Assembly (NCBI GenBank): GCA_963665485.1
Contig: OY762227.1
Location: 876,440 to 940,439, forward strand
Direction of reading: 5' to 3'
Length of the DNA stretch: 64,000 nt
Source: Bacteroidales bacterium
Lineage (GTDB): Bacteria; Bacteroidota; Bacteroidia; Bacteroidales; UBA4417
Numbering within the stretch: position 1 is the stretch's first letter; the number at the start of each line of letters is the position of its first letter. This document shows, one piece after another, positions 1-8,638 of this stretch. The notes beneath the pieces are model-generated. The model saw nothing but the letters and a program-made list of their open reading frames with translations, was not told the DNA's origin and searched no databases. The translations under genes and the position numbers were made by a program.

Positions 1-1718
1 TTCCCAAACAATGAATGATAGGCAGAATTTACACTGTTGAGTATACGGTCCTTAAATGAAACCTCTTTTATATCGTAATCCACTGCCTGGGCAAAATACA
101 GATTACCAGGTTTGAGGTCGATCTTTTTAGAGAAGGCACCCTTAACTCTCTTCTTTGAAAAATTCTTTTGAACAATTTTGCTATCCTGATCAAAGAATAG
201 CTCAGAAATAAAAGAATTCCCTGGATTTATTGTATAGGATTGTGTGCCTGTTAAAATCACGAAATTATCAGTTTTCACCCAATTGGTGCTGGTTCTTATA
301 TCCAAAAACGAAAACCCTTTGGACGTGATTCCTTCCACTAATGTCTTGAGTAATTCGATATCCAGAAATGGATGAAAAAAGCAACCTGCCACCCCATCGC
401 GAACCTGCCTGATAGCTTCCGCATTGCTGATCAGTGTTTGTACAGCTTTCTCAGAGTCCCGGATATCCGGCTTAAGAGGAACATATCCGAGGTTTTCCGG
501 AATTATTTTCTGAGCATACAAATCCTTGTTTATCAGATATGGGAAATACTGACCATAATTGAATTCATCGATTGACATACGCTGTTCGACAGCCGTGCTG
601 AAATACCTGGATATTACATTGAAAAATGCAGCCGAAGCCATATAATGAGGCGTTTCCCATGCAACTGGATATAGCCCGTTCTTCACAAATTCATCTAATC
701 CCATCTCGATTTTGTTTGCAAATTCTTCCGGGTTCTCCCCTGGTAATGGTTTTGAGTTAGCGGCATCCCAAAATTCACCATCGTTGGCAGTGATGCCGGT
801 ATATTGGTGAGTGGTTCCATGCATCACTACAGAGCCTCCGTTTGCGACCATGTATTTAAGAGCGTCAACAAGTTCTGGTCTGTCAGAAAGGCTGACTCTG
901 CTATTTTCCTGCGGATTTACATAAAAGGGCACAACCGCAACCAGGAATGGAATTCCTTTAGCAGACAGGAAATCAGCCACCTGTCGGAGTTTCGCCGGTT
1001 CGTAAAGCGGAGTAACATCCTCAATCCTGAGAACTGCGGTATGTAATTCCGGGTGAAGCTCATTAAGAATATCATGCAACTTATCAGCAAAAAGAAGGTA
1101 TCGGTCTGTAACTTTTGCACCCAGGAAAGGCAAATCAGCCACATAGACAAGGTTGCCGGACTTCACCATATAAGGTGTCCGCGCTTTTGTGCCCGAAGAA
1201 TAAGCTTCGGCCCAGGCTTCAACCTGATTCCTGTTTTTTATCTGAATGAGATTGATTTCGCTATTACCCTTTGTATATGTATATGAATTTGTTTTTACAG
1301 CGTCAAACTCCGATGTTTCCATATGCCTGATAATTTCAAAGCCATATTTATTTTGGTTTTGAATATTTTTAACCAGTTCAGAAATCCCTGTATTCAGCCA
1401 AACAACAGGTTTACCAGAGTTTATGATGTCCCGGATCAGAACCGCAGAAGGATGGTTTTCCGCAGAAAATCCCACATAAAAAAGGTAGTCAAATTGGTCA
1501 ATTTCATGTGTTTTATAAGCACCTATACTTTTGAAATTAACTTTAGTGTTGAAATGCCCGAGCAGTTGTGCCAGATCCCTTGCCGCGCCACTTGATTCAC
1601 TTTTGAGATCCGGTTCTTTTTCTGTAATTATCAGAACTTTTTTCAAAGGATAGCCCTGAGCGGTTGCAGTTACACAGAGCAGGGCTAAAATGAATTGAAG
1701 AAAAACTATCTTTTTCAT
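1..1718 (-). CDS. DUF2334 / polysaccharide-deacetylase-like secreted protein (partial; C-terminus runs off the window)
   Basis: Missing from the ORF track because no stop codon lies inside the window. My hand translation from ATG 1716-1718 stays open down to base 1 (MKKIVFLQFILALLCVTATAQGYPL...GGSVVMHGTTHQYTG...SVNSAYHSLFG). It has a signal peptide. The VVMHGttHqY block is recalled from the DUF2334 family. The + ORFs at 372-1595 are short antisense ORFs. Confidence 0.7.
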   Translation of the reverse strand, partial: MKKIVFLQFILALLCVTATAQGYPLKKVLIITEKEPDLKSESSGAARDLAQLLGHFNTKVNFKSIGAYKTHEIDQFDYLFYVGFSAENHPSAVLIRDIINSGKPVVWLNTGISELVKNIQNQNKYGFEIIRHMETSEFDAVKTNSYTYTKGNSEINLIQIKNRNQVEAWAEAYSSGTKARTPYMVKSGNLVYVADLPFLGAKVTDRYLLFADKLHDILNELHPELHTAVLRIEDVTPLYEPAKLRQVADFLSAKGIPFLVAVVPFYVNPQENSRVSLSDRPELVDALKYMVANGGSVVMHGTTHQYTGITANDGEFWDAANSKPLPGENPEEFANKIEMGLDEFVKNGLYPVAWETPHYMASAAFFNVISRYFSTAVEQRMSIDEFNYGQYFPYLINKDLYAQKIIPENLGYVPLKPDIRDSEKAVQTLISNAEAIRQVRDGVAGCFFHPFLDIELLKTLVEGITSKGFSFLDIRTSTNWVKTDNFVILTGTQSYTINPGNSFISELFFDQDSKIVQKNFSKKRVKGAFSKKIDLKPGNLYFAQAVDYDIKEVSFKDRILNSVNSAYHSLFG

Positions 1719-1733
1719 TGGATCTGTTATTAA

Positions 1734-2912
1734 TTAAATATGTGAAAAGCTCAATTCCAGTGGGATGAACTCTTCCACAACTTCATCCGTAAATCCAAAA
1801 AAGTTCTTAAGGATCCTTACCGTTCTCTGAGCAGAAAGACCATCACCGTATGGATTGATCGCATTGGCCATTTTCCTGTATTCCACTTCATTTTCGATAA
1901 GCTGAACGGCTGTTTCAAATATCCTGTTTTCACCCAGTCCTACCAGTTTGGCAGTCCCGAAATCAACAGCGTCGGGTCTTTCAGTTACAGTACGAAGCAC
2001 CAGTACTGGTATTCCGAAATGAGGTCCTTCTTCCTGAACTCCACCGGAATCTGTCATTATGAGGTACGATTTTGACATCAGGTTAACAAAATCAAGGTAG
2101 TCGAGAGGATTGATCAAAGTGATATTAGGTTGATCCTTTAGGATAGGAAACACTACATCGCGAACAATCGGATTCATGTGAACCGGAAAGATGAAAGTTA
2201 AATGCGGAAATTTCAATGCAAGGCGTTTTATTGCATTACATGCTCCTGTCATGGGTTTTCCCCAGTTTTCCCGCCTGTGCATGGTTACCAGGATAATCTT
2301 TGTTCCGCTCTCAACAACAGCGTCTATAACTGGGTCCAAAAACCTGTGCTTGCCGGTTACAGTATAATCCAGCGCATCAATTACCGTGTTGCCGGTAATG
2401 AAGATTGTTTTCGGGTCAATATTTTCTTTTATGAGCGCCTTTTTGGCCATCCCGGTCGGGGCAAAATGCAGATCTGTAATACATCCCGTTATTCTCCTGT
2501 TGATTTCTTCAGGAAATGGATTTGCCTTGTCATTTGTTCTTAAGCCGGCTTCAATATGACCAACAGGTATCTTATTGTAAAAAGCTGCAAGGCTGCCAAT
2601 ACAGGTAGTGGAAGTATCGCCCTGAACCAAAACCATATCGGGCTTTTCGACGGCAAAAATATCATCAAGGCCGGTTATTAACTTTGCAGTCAAACCTGCA
2701 AGGGTTTGCCTGGGTGACATAATGTCAAGATCGAAGGAAGACCTGATGTTAAAAACATCCAGAACCTGGTCAAGCATTTGCCGGTGCTGAGCTGTTGCTA
2801 TTGTTAGTACATCAAAGTACTGCTCATTTTTTTTCAATTCAAGAATGATGGGAGCCATCTTAATCGTATCCGGTCTTGTACCAACTACTACTACAATTTT
2901 CTTTTTAAACAT
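1734..2912 (-). CDS. wecB: UDP-N-acetylglucosamine 2-epimerase (non-hydrolysing)
   Basis: 392 aa. N-terminal VVVGTRPDTIKMAPI, HIEAGLRT and DSGGVQEE blocks are typical of the WecB/MnaA family. Its start abuts the stop of the upstream ORF (2912/2914). Confidence 0.93.
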   Translation of the reverse strand: MFKKKIVVVVGTRPDTIKMAPIILELKKNEQYFDVLTIATAQHRQMLDQVLDVFNIRSSFDLDIMSPRQTLAGLTAKLITGLDDIFAVEKPDMVLVQGDTSTTCIGSLAAFYNKIPVGHIEAGLRTNDKANPFPEEINRRITGCITDLHFAPTGMAKKALIKENIDPKTIFITGNTVIDALDYTVTGKHRFLDPVIDAVVESGTKIILVTMHRRENWGKPMTGACNAIKRLALKFPHLTFIFPVHMNPIVRDVVFPILKDQPNITLINPLDYLDFVNLMSKSYLIMTDSGGVQEEGPHFGIPVLVLRTVTERPDAVDFGTAKLVGLGENRIFETAVQLIENEVEYRKMANAINPYGDGLSAQRTVRILKNFFGFTDEVVEEFIPLELSFSHI

Positions 2913-2913
2913 T

Positions 2914-3750
2914 TTAACGACTTTTATCTTTATTAGTCAGAGTATAACTGATACTCCCGGAGAAAAAAAATGGATTACCCGGCAAACTTGATTCGAGTGG
3001 CTTGTCGAGATTCAGAGGAATGTCATAATGGGGTGAAAGTTTCAATGAAAATGAGCGAAGGGTGAATGTAAACGGGAGCTGAAAGCTTAGACACAGCGGT
3101 AAGAACTTGAAAGACTCCACCTGTGTGGGTATTTCAGATTCAAGATAGTTAATGAAGGTTACTGAGTATTTTGTACCCAATATGGAAACGAATGTCGGTG
3201 AAACAGCAATGGATCCTTTTTCCCGGTATAACACGTTTATATATCTGGCTAAGGAAAACTCCTCATACCAACTGGTCCTGCCACCGCCGAAACTAAAGCC
3301 CAGGTAATTATTAACCGAAAAAAATTTAAGATTTAACCCTGTTCCTAGGTTAATTACATTGAAAAGCACCTTCTCGTCCTGTACCCTGTTAAATAAATAC
3401 GCATAACCGGGTGTTAAAGTCAATTTAGGATGGATTTGGAATTTATAGGCAATTCCAAGGTCAGTTTCAGTTATAAGACCATCAGTTTTTTCCATTCCAT
3501 AACTATACATGTTTAATGCTAAACCTGACTTATGATAAAAGACAACAGAAGGATTGAACCCTATTTGCTCAACACCATAATTTCTGCCTGAATAAATCAC
3601 ACTTGATAAGACATCAATTGAAAAAACAGCTGAATTCCGACCTTTTACCTGAGCACTGTCCGCCGGAGTATTTTGAGCATGCAAATGACCTCCAAGCAAC
3701 CATTGGAAAATCACAATGCAAAAACAAATGGGTATTCTCCTGAATTCCAT
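2914..3750 (-). CDS. hypothetical outer-membrane beta-barrel-like protein
   Basis: 278 aa with a signal peptide ending HLHAQ. Alternating hydrophobic/aromatic strand pattern throughout. First gene of an apparent operon with wecB and the DUF2334 gene. Confidence 0.55.
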   Translation of the reverse strand: MEFRRIPICFCIVIFQWLLGGHLHAQNTPADSAQVKGRNSAVFSIDVLSSVIYSGRNYGVEQIGFNPSVVFYHKSGLALNMYSYGMEKTDGLITETDLGIAYKFQIHPKLTLTPGYAYLFNRVQDEKVLFNVINLGTGLNLKFFSVNNYLGFSFGGGRTSWYEEFSLARYINVLYREKGSIAVSPTFVSILGTKYSVTFINYLESEIPTQVESFKFLPLCLSFQLPFTFTLRSFSLKLSPHYDIPLNLDKPLESSLPGNPFFFSGSISYTLTNKDKSR

Positions 3751-4070
3751 AAAAAGATCAGATGTTCATTAGTTATTTTTAACTTGTTGATTTACTCATA
3801 CAAATCTACAATGGCCAGAAAGCGATAAAAAGTAATTTCAGCCAAAGGCATCAACAAATAAGTAGAAAGCTGTTTTTTACCGTTCAAACTTTTTTCAGGT
3901 TATTATGAATCCAGGAATGCTGCTTTCCAATGTATAAAGTCTGGCATAATCCATTCATATTCAACATACACCATATATAGTTGATCCTTGAAGCTAATCC
4001 ACTTTACTCAATCACGGTAAGTTTTCTTAGCCTCTAAGTATTGATTTATTGAAAAGTAATGCCAATGACT

Positions 4071-4103
4071 TTTTGACACACAATTGTTTAAAAACCAGCG
4101 GTC
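4071..4103 (+). repeat. 33-nt conserved intergenic motif, copy 1 (TTTTGACAC-N-AAAAACCAGCGGTC)
   Basis: ttttgacacacaattgtttaaaaaccagcggtc. It matches the reverse complements of 5521-5553 and 26004-26036. Confidence 0.75.
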
Positions 4104-4250
4104 AGAATTCAGGAAAATATCCCGGAAATGTTAAAGGAATGAAATTATGTTAGAGAAGCCTGCAGCTAATACCAATAATAAGATGAAAACACAAAAAAGA
4201 CAATTAATCCTTTTCATCCTGTTGAAATGAGGATTAACTGTAAATCCTGA

Positions 4251-4562
4251 TCTGCAGGCATTAAATTCAAGCCTTGTGACATAGGGAAAGCTTTACTGAC
4301 AGCCGCGCTTACAGTTAAGGTAGCCATCGAAGATCCTGATATCAATGACCGTCAAAATCATAGCGCTGCAGATGTTGATAACCAGGATATCTTGTTTGTT
4401 TTTGGCAACCTCGAAAAAGTTCCCCGTAACCATTTATGCGCGTTTAGCAGGTTACTTAGTACAAAAGGTGTAACTTACACTCCACAGTATATTTCCGCAA
4501 AGTATTTCAATCAGATTATTTCATCTAAACAGGAAACAAGTTCGGTAGTTTGTCCAAATTAA
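4251..4562 (+). pseudogene. decayed DUF2202 (ferritin-like) paralog, C-terminal remnant
   Basis: The frame ending at TAA 4560-4562 reads ...LTAALTVKVAIEDPDINDRQNHSAADVDNQDILFVFGNLEKVPRNHLCAFSRLLSTKGVTYTPQYISAKYFNQIISSKQETSSVVCPN. It aligns by eye with the C-terminus of the intact gene at 22216-22965 (DNQDILFVFGNLE and TYTPQYIS identical). There is no start codon in this frame. A possible signal-peptide stub (MKTQKRQLILFILLK*) starts at 4183. Confidence 0.65.
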
Positions 4563-4581
4563 AAAACTTCTGTTTTTTCGT

Positions 4582-4616
4582 AAAAGCACTTGTCTGATTG
4601 ACAGGTGCTTTTTTTA
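4582..4616. terminator. bidirectional intrinsic terminator hairpin
   Basis: agcacttgtc-tgatt-gacaggtgct is flanked by A-rich 5' sequence (aaaag) and a T-run on the 3' side. It lies between the DUF2202 remnant (+) and the MarC gene (-). Confidence 0.6.
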
Positions 4617-5222
4617 TATTCTTAAAGTTGATATAAAATTCGAAATCCCGGTAAAGATCATTTGCGCTCCTATGGTAGCAACAATCAAACCCGTTATTCG
4701 GATAAGCGCATTCATCAGGTTAAACCTGTTCAGCAGTTTACCTATTCGTATCGCGTTGAGCATGAGTAGCAGGTTTATTCCAATTGCAATGGCAATGGCA
4801 ATAATTGTAACAAGTTTGCCATAGTGTTCCGGAAAAGTCACCGCGGCAGTGATAGTCGCAGGTCCCGCAATCATAGGCATCGCAATAGGCACAGCCGACA
4901 GATCAACCAGTTTCACATTCTGGTCAAGCTGAAGAAAGCTGCCTTTCTGCAAACCGGTAATTCCATTATAAAACAAAACAACCCCGCAGGTAACCCTGAA
5001 AGCATATAACTCAATATGAAACACATACGTAAAGATGAAATGTCCCAGGAATAAAAATGCAATCAGTATTATCAACGCTGTAAGCGATGATTTTGTTGAG
5101 AGGTATCTTAATTCCTTATTAGAGAATTGATCCTGTAACGAGCTTATTACCAGAATTTTGTGTACAGGATTAATCAATGCTAAAATCGCAACGATGGCAC
5201 TGACCAATAAATTAATTTCCAT
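4614..5222 (-). CDS. MarC-family (UPF0056) integral membrane protein
   Basis: 202 aa with about six hydrophobic helices. N-terminal ...ALINPVHKI... and overall size fit the MarC/NAAT family. Confidence 0.8.
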   Translation of the reverse strand: MEINLLVSAIVAILALINPVHKILVISSLQDQFSNKELRYLSTKSSLTALIILIAFLFLGHFIFTYVFHIELYAFRVTCGVVLFYNGITGLQKGSFLQLDQNVKLVDLSAVPIAMPMIAGPATITAAVTFPEHYGKLVTIIAIAIAIGINLLLMLNAIRIGKLLNRFNLMNALIRITGLIVATIGAQMIFTGISNFISTLRI

Positions 5223-5520
5223 TTTGCGGGATTATTAAAACTGGTTTAAAAGCAGGATTTCACGTTTACTAAATTGGTATTCCTGTTTCTGCTAACTGTC
5301 TCAGAATTTCAATGTCAAAATTAGTCTTTCTTTCAGCACTAATCTGAGGTTATAAAATTTCTCCATCCAGTTTCAATCAATTAATACTATGGAAGATATC
5401 CATCCGTGAACCGTATTAAATGTAATTCAAGTGCTGTTAAAAACAAAGAAATAATGTATCCGGTAAACAGAGAAGTTTTTTATCTGGGCTTTACAATCGA
5501 TATATTTTAAAAAAAAATAA

Positions 5521-5553
5521 GACCGCTGGTTTTTGAATAGTAATGTGTCTAAA
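5521..5553 (-). repeat. 33-nt conserved intergenic motif, copy 2
   Basis: gaccgctggtttttgaatagtaatgtgtctaaa. The reverse complement aligns with copy 1 (GACAC and AAAAACCAGCGGTC blocks identical). Confidence 0.75.
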
Positions 5554-5801
5554 TAAGTTGAACTCATTAACTTCGGTTGTCTCTTACAATTTTGATGATA
5601 AAACTGCAAAATAACAGTATCATTTTTACGCTTGGGAAAATCATTTCAGGCAATCAAATATCAATAAGTACTAAGGTTAAAACAATGCATATATCGGAAA
5701 TGTTGACATATTTATTTCATTGTTGTATATTAGCTGACAATATACGTTGCTTTAAAAAATGATAAATTCAGAGATGTATCATCTAACTTAAAAATAAAAT
5801 T

Positions 5802-6230
5802 ATGTTTAACACAGCCCATTTACACCCATTAATTGTACATTTCCCGATAGCTTTATTGATCGTTGGCTTTATTGCTGATTCGGTCTACCTGCTTTACAAA
5901 AAAGAGGTTTGTCTCTCAAAGGTTGGCTTTTACCTCATGCTTGCGGGTACGCTTGGAGCTGTTGCCGCGGTTCTGAGTGGCAATTTCTTTACCGAAGACA
6001 TGTCAGGAAGTGTTGAAGTTATTCGTGAGCGTCACGAAACCTTTGCAAATATTACAATGTATGTGATGATTGCTGCCAGTATCCTTAGAATTTATCTGGT
6101 TCAAAAAGGCAAAGCAGAATCAAAAGCCGCGCTGGGAGTTTACATCCTTTATCTGATTGGCGTAATATCGGTTGGATATACCGGCATGTTGGGCGGAACA
6201 ATGGTCTTTAATTTTATGATTGGATTATAA
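5802..6230 (+). CDS. DUF2231-like membrane protein
   Basis: 142 aa, 4 TM helices. The N-terminal HPLIVHFPIALL motif is characteristic of DUF2231. Confidence 0.8.
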   Translation: MFNTAHLHPLIVHFPIALLIVGFIADSVYLLYKKEVCLSKVGFYLMLAGTLGAVAAVLSGNFFTEDMSGSVEVIRERHETFANITMYVMIAASILRIYLVQKGKAESKAALGVYILYLIGVISVGYTGMLGGTMVFNFMIGL

Positions 6231-6263
6231 TTAACAATTTCAATTAACACTAAATTCAGAAAA

Positions 6264-6893
6264 ATGAAAAAAGTAATGATTTTTGTAATGGTACTGGCAA
6301 CAGTGGCATTGATGGCAGGATGTAAATCAAAGAGTGCAAAGGAAACATCTCCAAAAACTATTGAAAACCTCAAAGCCGGCATCATTGGCGAAACAACCGC
6401 AAGCGCAAAGTATGCTGCCTATGCCGTTAAAGCCACAGAAGAAGGTTTTATGCCGATTGCCCAACTGTTTAAGGCCGCTTCAAAAGCCGAAAGCATTCAT
6501 GCAGCCAATCATCTTAAAGTGCTCGAAAAACTTGGCGAAAAAATGGATCCTATTGATCCTAAGTTTGAAGTAAAAACTACCAAAGAAAATTTACAGTCTG
6601 CTATTGAAGGAGAATCATATGAGTTTATAACCATGTATCCTGGTTTTATTCAGTCAGCCAAAGATGAAAATGTAAATGATGCTGTTACTTCATTTACCTG
6701 GGCACTTGATACAGAAAAGAAACATAAGGATTTCTATCAGAAAGCCCTCGACGCTATTGATAAAGAAGCGGTTGCATCACTTCCTACATCGTTTTTTATT
6801 TGCCCCAAATGTGGCAATACCTATGATGCCGGGACAGAAACTGAAAAATGTGATTTCTGCAAGACTCCAAAAGAAAAATATATCGCCATTTAG
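6264..6893 (+). CDS. rubrerythrin-family protein with lipoprotein signal peptide
   Basis: Lipobox LMAGC. Two ExxH diiron motifs (AESIHAANH, TEKKHKDFY) plus paired Glu (GETTASAKY, EGESYEF). C-terminal rubredoxin-like CPKCG...CDFCK. Confidence 0.88.
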   Translation: MKKVMIFVMVLATVALMAGCKSKSAKETSPKTIENLKAGIIGETTASAKYAAYAVKATEEGFMPIAQLFKAASKAESIHAANHLKVLEKLGEKMDPIDPKFEVKTTKENLQSAIEGESYEFITMYPGFIQSAKDENVNDAVTSFTWALDTEKKHKDFYQKALDAIDKEAVASLPTSFFICPKCGNTYDAGTETEKCDFCKTPKEKYIAI

Positions 6894-6935
6894 TTTTCTA
6901 GTTTAAATTTCTCTTCTTTTACTAAAAAGTCAGTT

Positions 6936-8393
6936 ATGGCAAGGGTAGTAGTATTGGGTGCCGGCATTGCCGGGCATACCTCCGCGCAGATACTTAAGCG
7001 GAAACTCGGTCGAAATCATGAAGTAATTGTGATCAGTCCGAACACAAAGTATCAGTGGATTCCATCCAATATTTGGGTGGGCATTGGCCAGATGACCGCT
7101 AAGCAAGTCACCTTTGAGCTCGCACCGGTTTACAAAAAGCTGGGCATTGATTATAAACAGGCCAAAGCCACAGCTCTGTTCCCTGACGGAGATGCCGATC
7201 ACCTGAAACCCTTTGTTGCCATTGAATATACCTCACCGGATAAAACCGGACAGACTGACAAAATAGAATATGATTACCTGGTAAACGCAACGGGTCCAAA
7301 GTTAAATTTTGGCGCTACCGAAGGGCTTGGCCCCGAAGGCTATAGCGAATCCGTTTGCACATATACGCACGCGGGCCATGCATGGGAGAGATTACAGGAA
7401 TCTCTCGACAAAATGGCGAAAGGTGAAAAGCAGCGCTTCCTGATAGGCACCGGCCATCCAACAGCCACCTGCCAGGGCGCTGCTTTTGAATATGCATTAA
7501 ATGTGGCTTTTGAAATAAATAAGCGCAAACTCAACGACAAAGCCGAAATAACATGGCTTACCAACGAGTATGAAGTGGGCGATTTTGGAATGGGCGGAGC
7601 ATTTATAAGGAAAGGCGGATATATGACTTCCACCAAGATATTTACTGAATCCATTCTTTCCGAGTATGGCATTAAATGGATAAAACGTGCCGGCATTACA
7701 AAACTTGAAAAAGGGAAAGCGCACTACCAGACACTTGATGGTGAAATACATGAGCAGGAATTTGATTTTGCCATGCTTATACCGGCATTTGCAGGAGTCG
7801 GAATTAAAGCGTTTGCTAAAGATGGTTCCGACATTACTACGGATTTGTTTGCCCCCAGTGGTTTTATGAAGGTAGATGCCAACTACCAGCCTAAAGACTT
7901 CGAAGACTGGTCAGTAGCCGACTGGCCATCGGTATATCAAAGTCCTAAATTCGATACTATTTTTGCTGCAGGAATTGCATTTGCTCCTCCTCATGCTATT
8001 TCGAAACCTATGACAAACAAAAACGGGCTGGCTATTTTCCCTACACCGCCTCGTACAGGCATGCCATCAGGAGTTATGGGCAAGGTTGTTGCGCTGAACA
8101 TTGCTGAAAGTATACTAAGCGGTCGAAAGACACTTAATCACAAAGCATCGATGGGCAAAATGGGTGCCGCGTGTATTATTTCATCCGGCTATGGCCTGCG
8201 TGACGGTATGGCTGCTTCCATGACCGTATACCCCATAGTGCCGGATTTTGAAAAGTACCCACAATGGGGCCGGGATAGTTCTTACACCATGGGTGAACCC
8301 GGTCTTGCCGGCCATTGGATTAAACTCGTCCTGCATTTTTTATTTATTTACAAGGCTAAGGCTAAACCCTTTTGGTGGTTGATTCCTGAATAA
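6936..8393 (+). CDS. sulfide:quinone oxidoreductase-like FAD-dependent oxidoreductase
   Basis: 485 aa. N-terminal VVVLGAGIAGHT dinucleotide fold, conserved Cys contexts (ATCQGAA, GAACIIS) and a C-terminal amphipathic tail. The layout matches SQR/FCSD-type flavoproteins. Confidence 0.78.
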   Translation: MARVVVLGAGIAGHTSAQILKRKLGRNHEVIVISPNTKYQWIPSNIWVGIGQMTAKQVTFELAPVYKKLGIDYKQAKATALFPDGDADHLKPFVAIEYTSPDKTGQTDKIEYDYLVNATGPKLNFGATEGLGPEGYSESVCTYTHAGHAWERLQESLDKMAKGEKQRFLIGTGHPTATCQGAAFEYALNVAFEINKRKLNDKAEITWLTNEYEVGDFGMGGAFIRKGGYMTSTKIFTESILSEYGIKWIKRAGITKLEKGKAHYQTLDGEIHEQEFDFAMLIPAFAGVGIKAFAKDGSDITTDLFAPSGFMKVDANYQPKDFEDWSVADWPSVYQSPKFDTIFAAGIAFAPPHAISKPMTNKNGLAIFPTPPRTGMPSGVMGKVVALNIAESILSGRKTLNHKASMGKMGAACIISSGYGLRDGMAASMTVYPIVPDFEKYPQWGRDSSYTMGEPGLAGHWIKLVLHFLFIYKAKAKPFWWLIPE

Positions 8394-8416
8394 GCTATTA
8401 TTGAAGCGATGAATCC

Positions 8417-8602
8417 CTAACCCCCAACCCCTAAAACCTTATTAAGATGATTAAGAAAAATATAGTAAAAGGATATAAAGACGAAGCCTATCCCCCAGTT
8501 CCAACTGGGAATACCCGTTTCTGGCGCAAATTCTTTCCATGGCAGATAGTTCGGTTCTTTGTGCTGAACCTCAAAATTATGCGGATAATTATCGGGGGAC
8601 AC
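8417..8602 (-). CDS. hypothetical small membrane protein (uncertain)
   Basis: 61-aa ORF with one hydrophobic helix (IGFVFISFYYIFL), convergent with the SQR-like gene. No family recognised. Confidence 0.3.
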   Translation of the reverse strand: MSPDNYPHNFEVQHKEPNYLPWKEFAPETGIPSWNWGIGFVFISFYYIFLNHLNKVLGVGG

Positions 8603-8638
8603 TCATAATCCGTGTGAGTTCCTTAATACTTTATCAAT

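Noticed and set aside
372-1595. Four plus-strand ORFs (67-90 aa) in the first 1.7 kb
   Set aside because: They lie antisense to a continuous minus-strand frame (1-1718) that has a signal peptide and recognisable family motifs. They are short, low-complexity and unrelated to each other.
4071-5553. The inverted 33-nt motif pair as ends of a mobile element or invertible segment
   Set aside because: There are no flanking direct repeats. No recombinase or transposase lies inside. The third copy at 26004 is solitary. The enclosed segment holds an ordinary MarC gene and a gene remnant. A regulatory site is the simpler reading, although inversion cannot be excluded without read data.
5703-5731. Perfect E. 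coli-type promoter TTGACA-N17-TATATT about 70 nt upstream of the DUF2231 gene
   Set aside because: Bacteroidota primary sigma factors use TTTG / TAnnTTTG-type elements, not this consensus. It is therefore likely fortuitous in AT-rich DNA. I note it only as a possibility.
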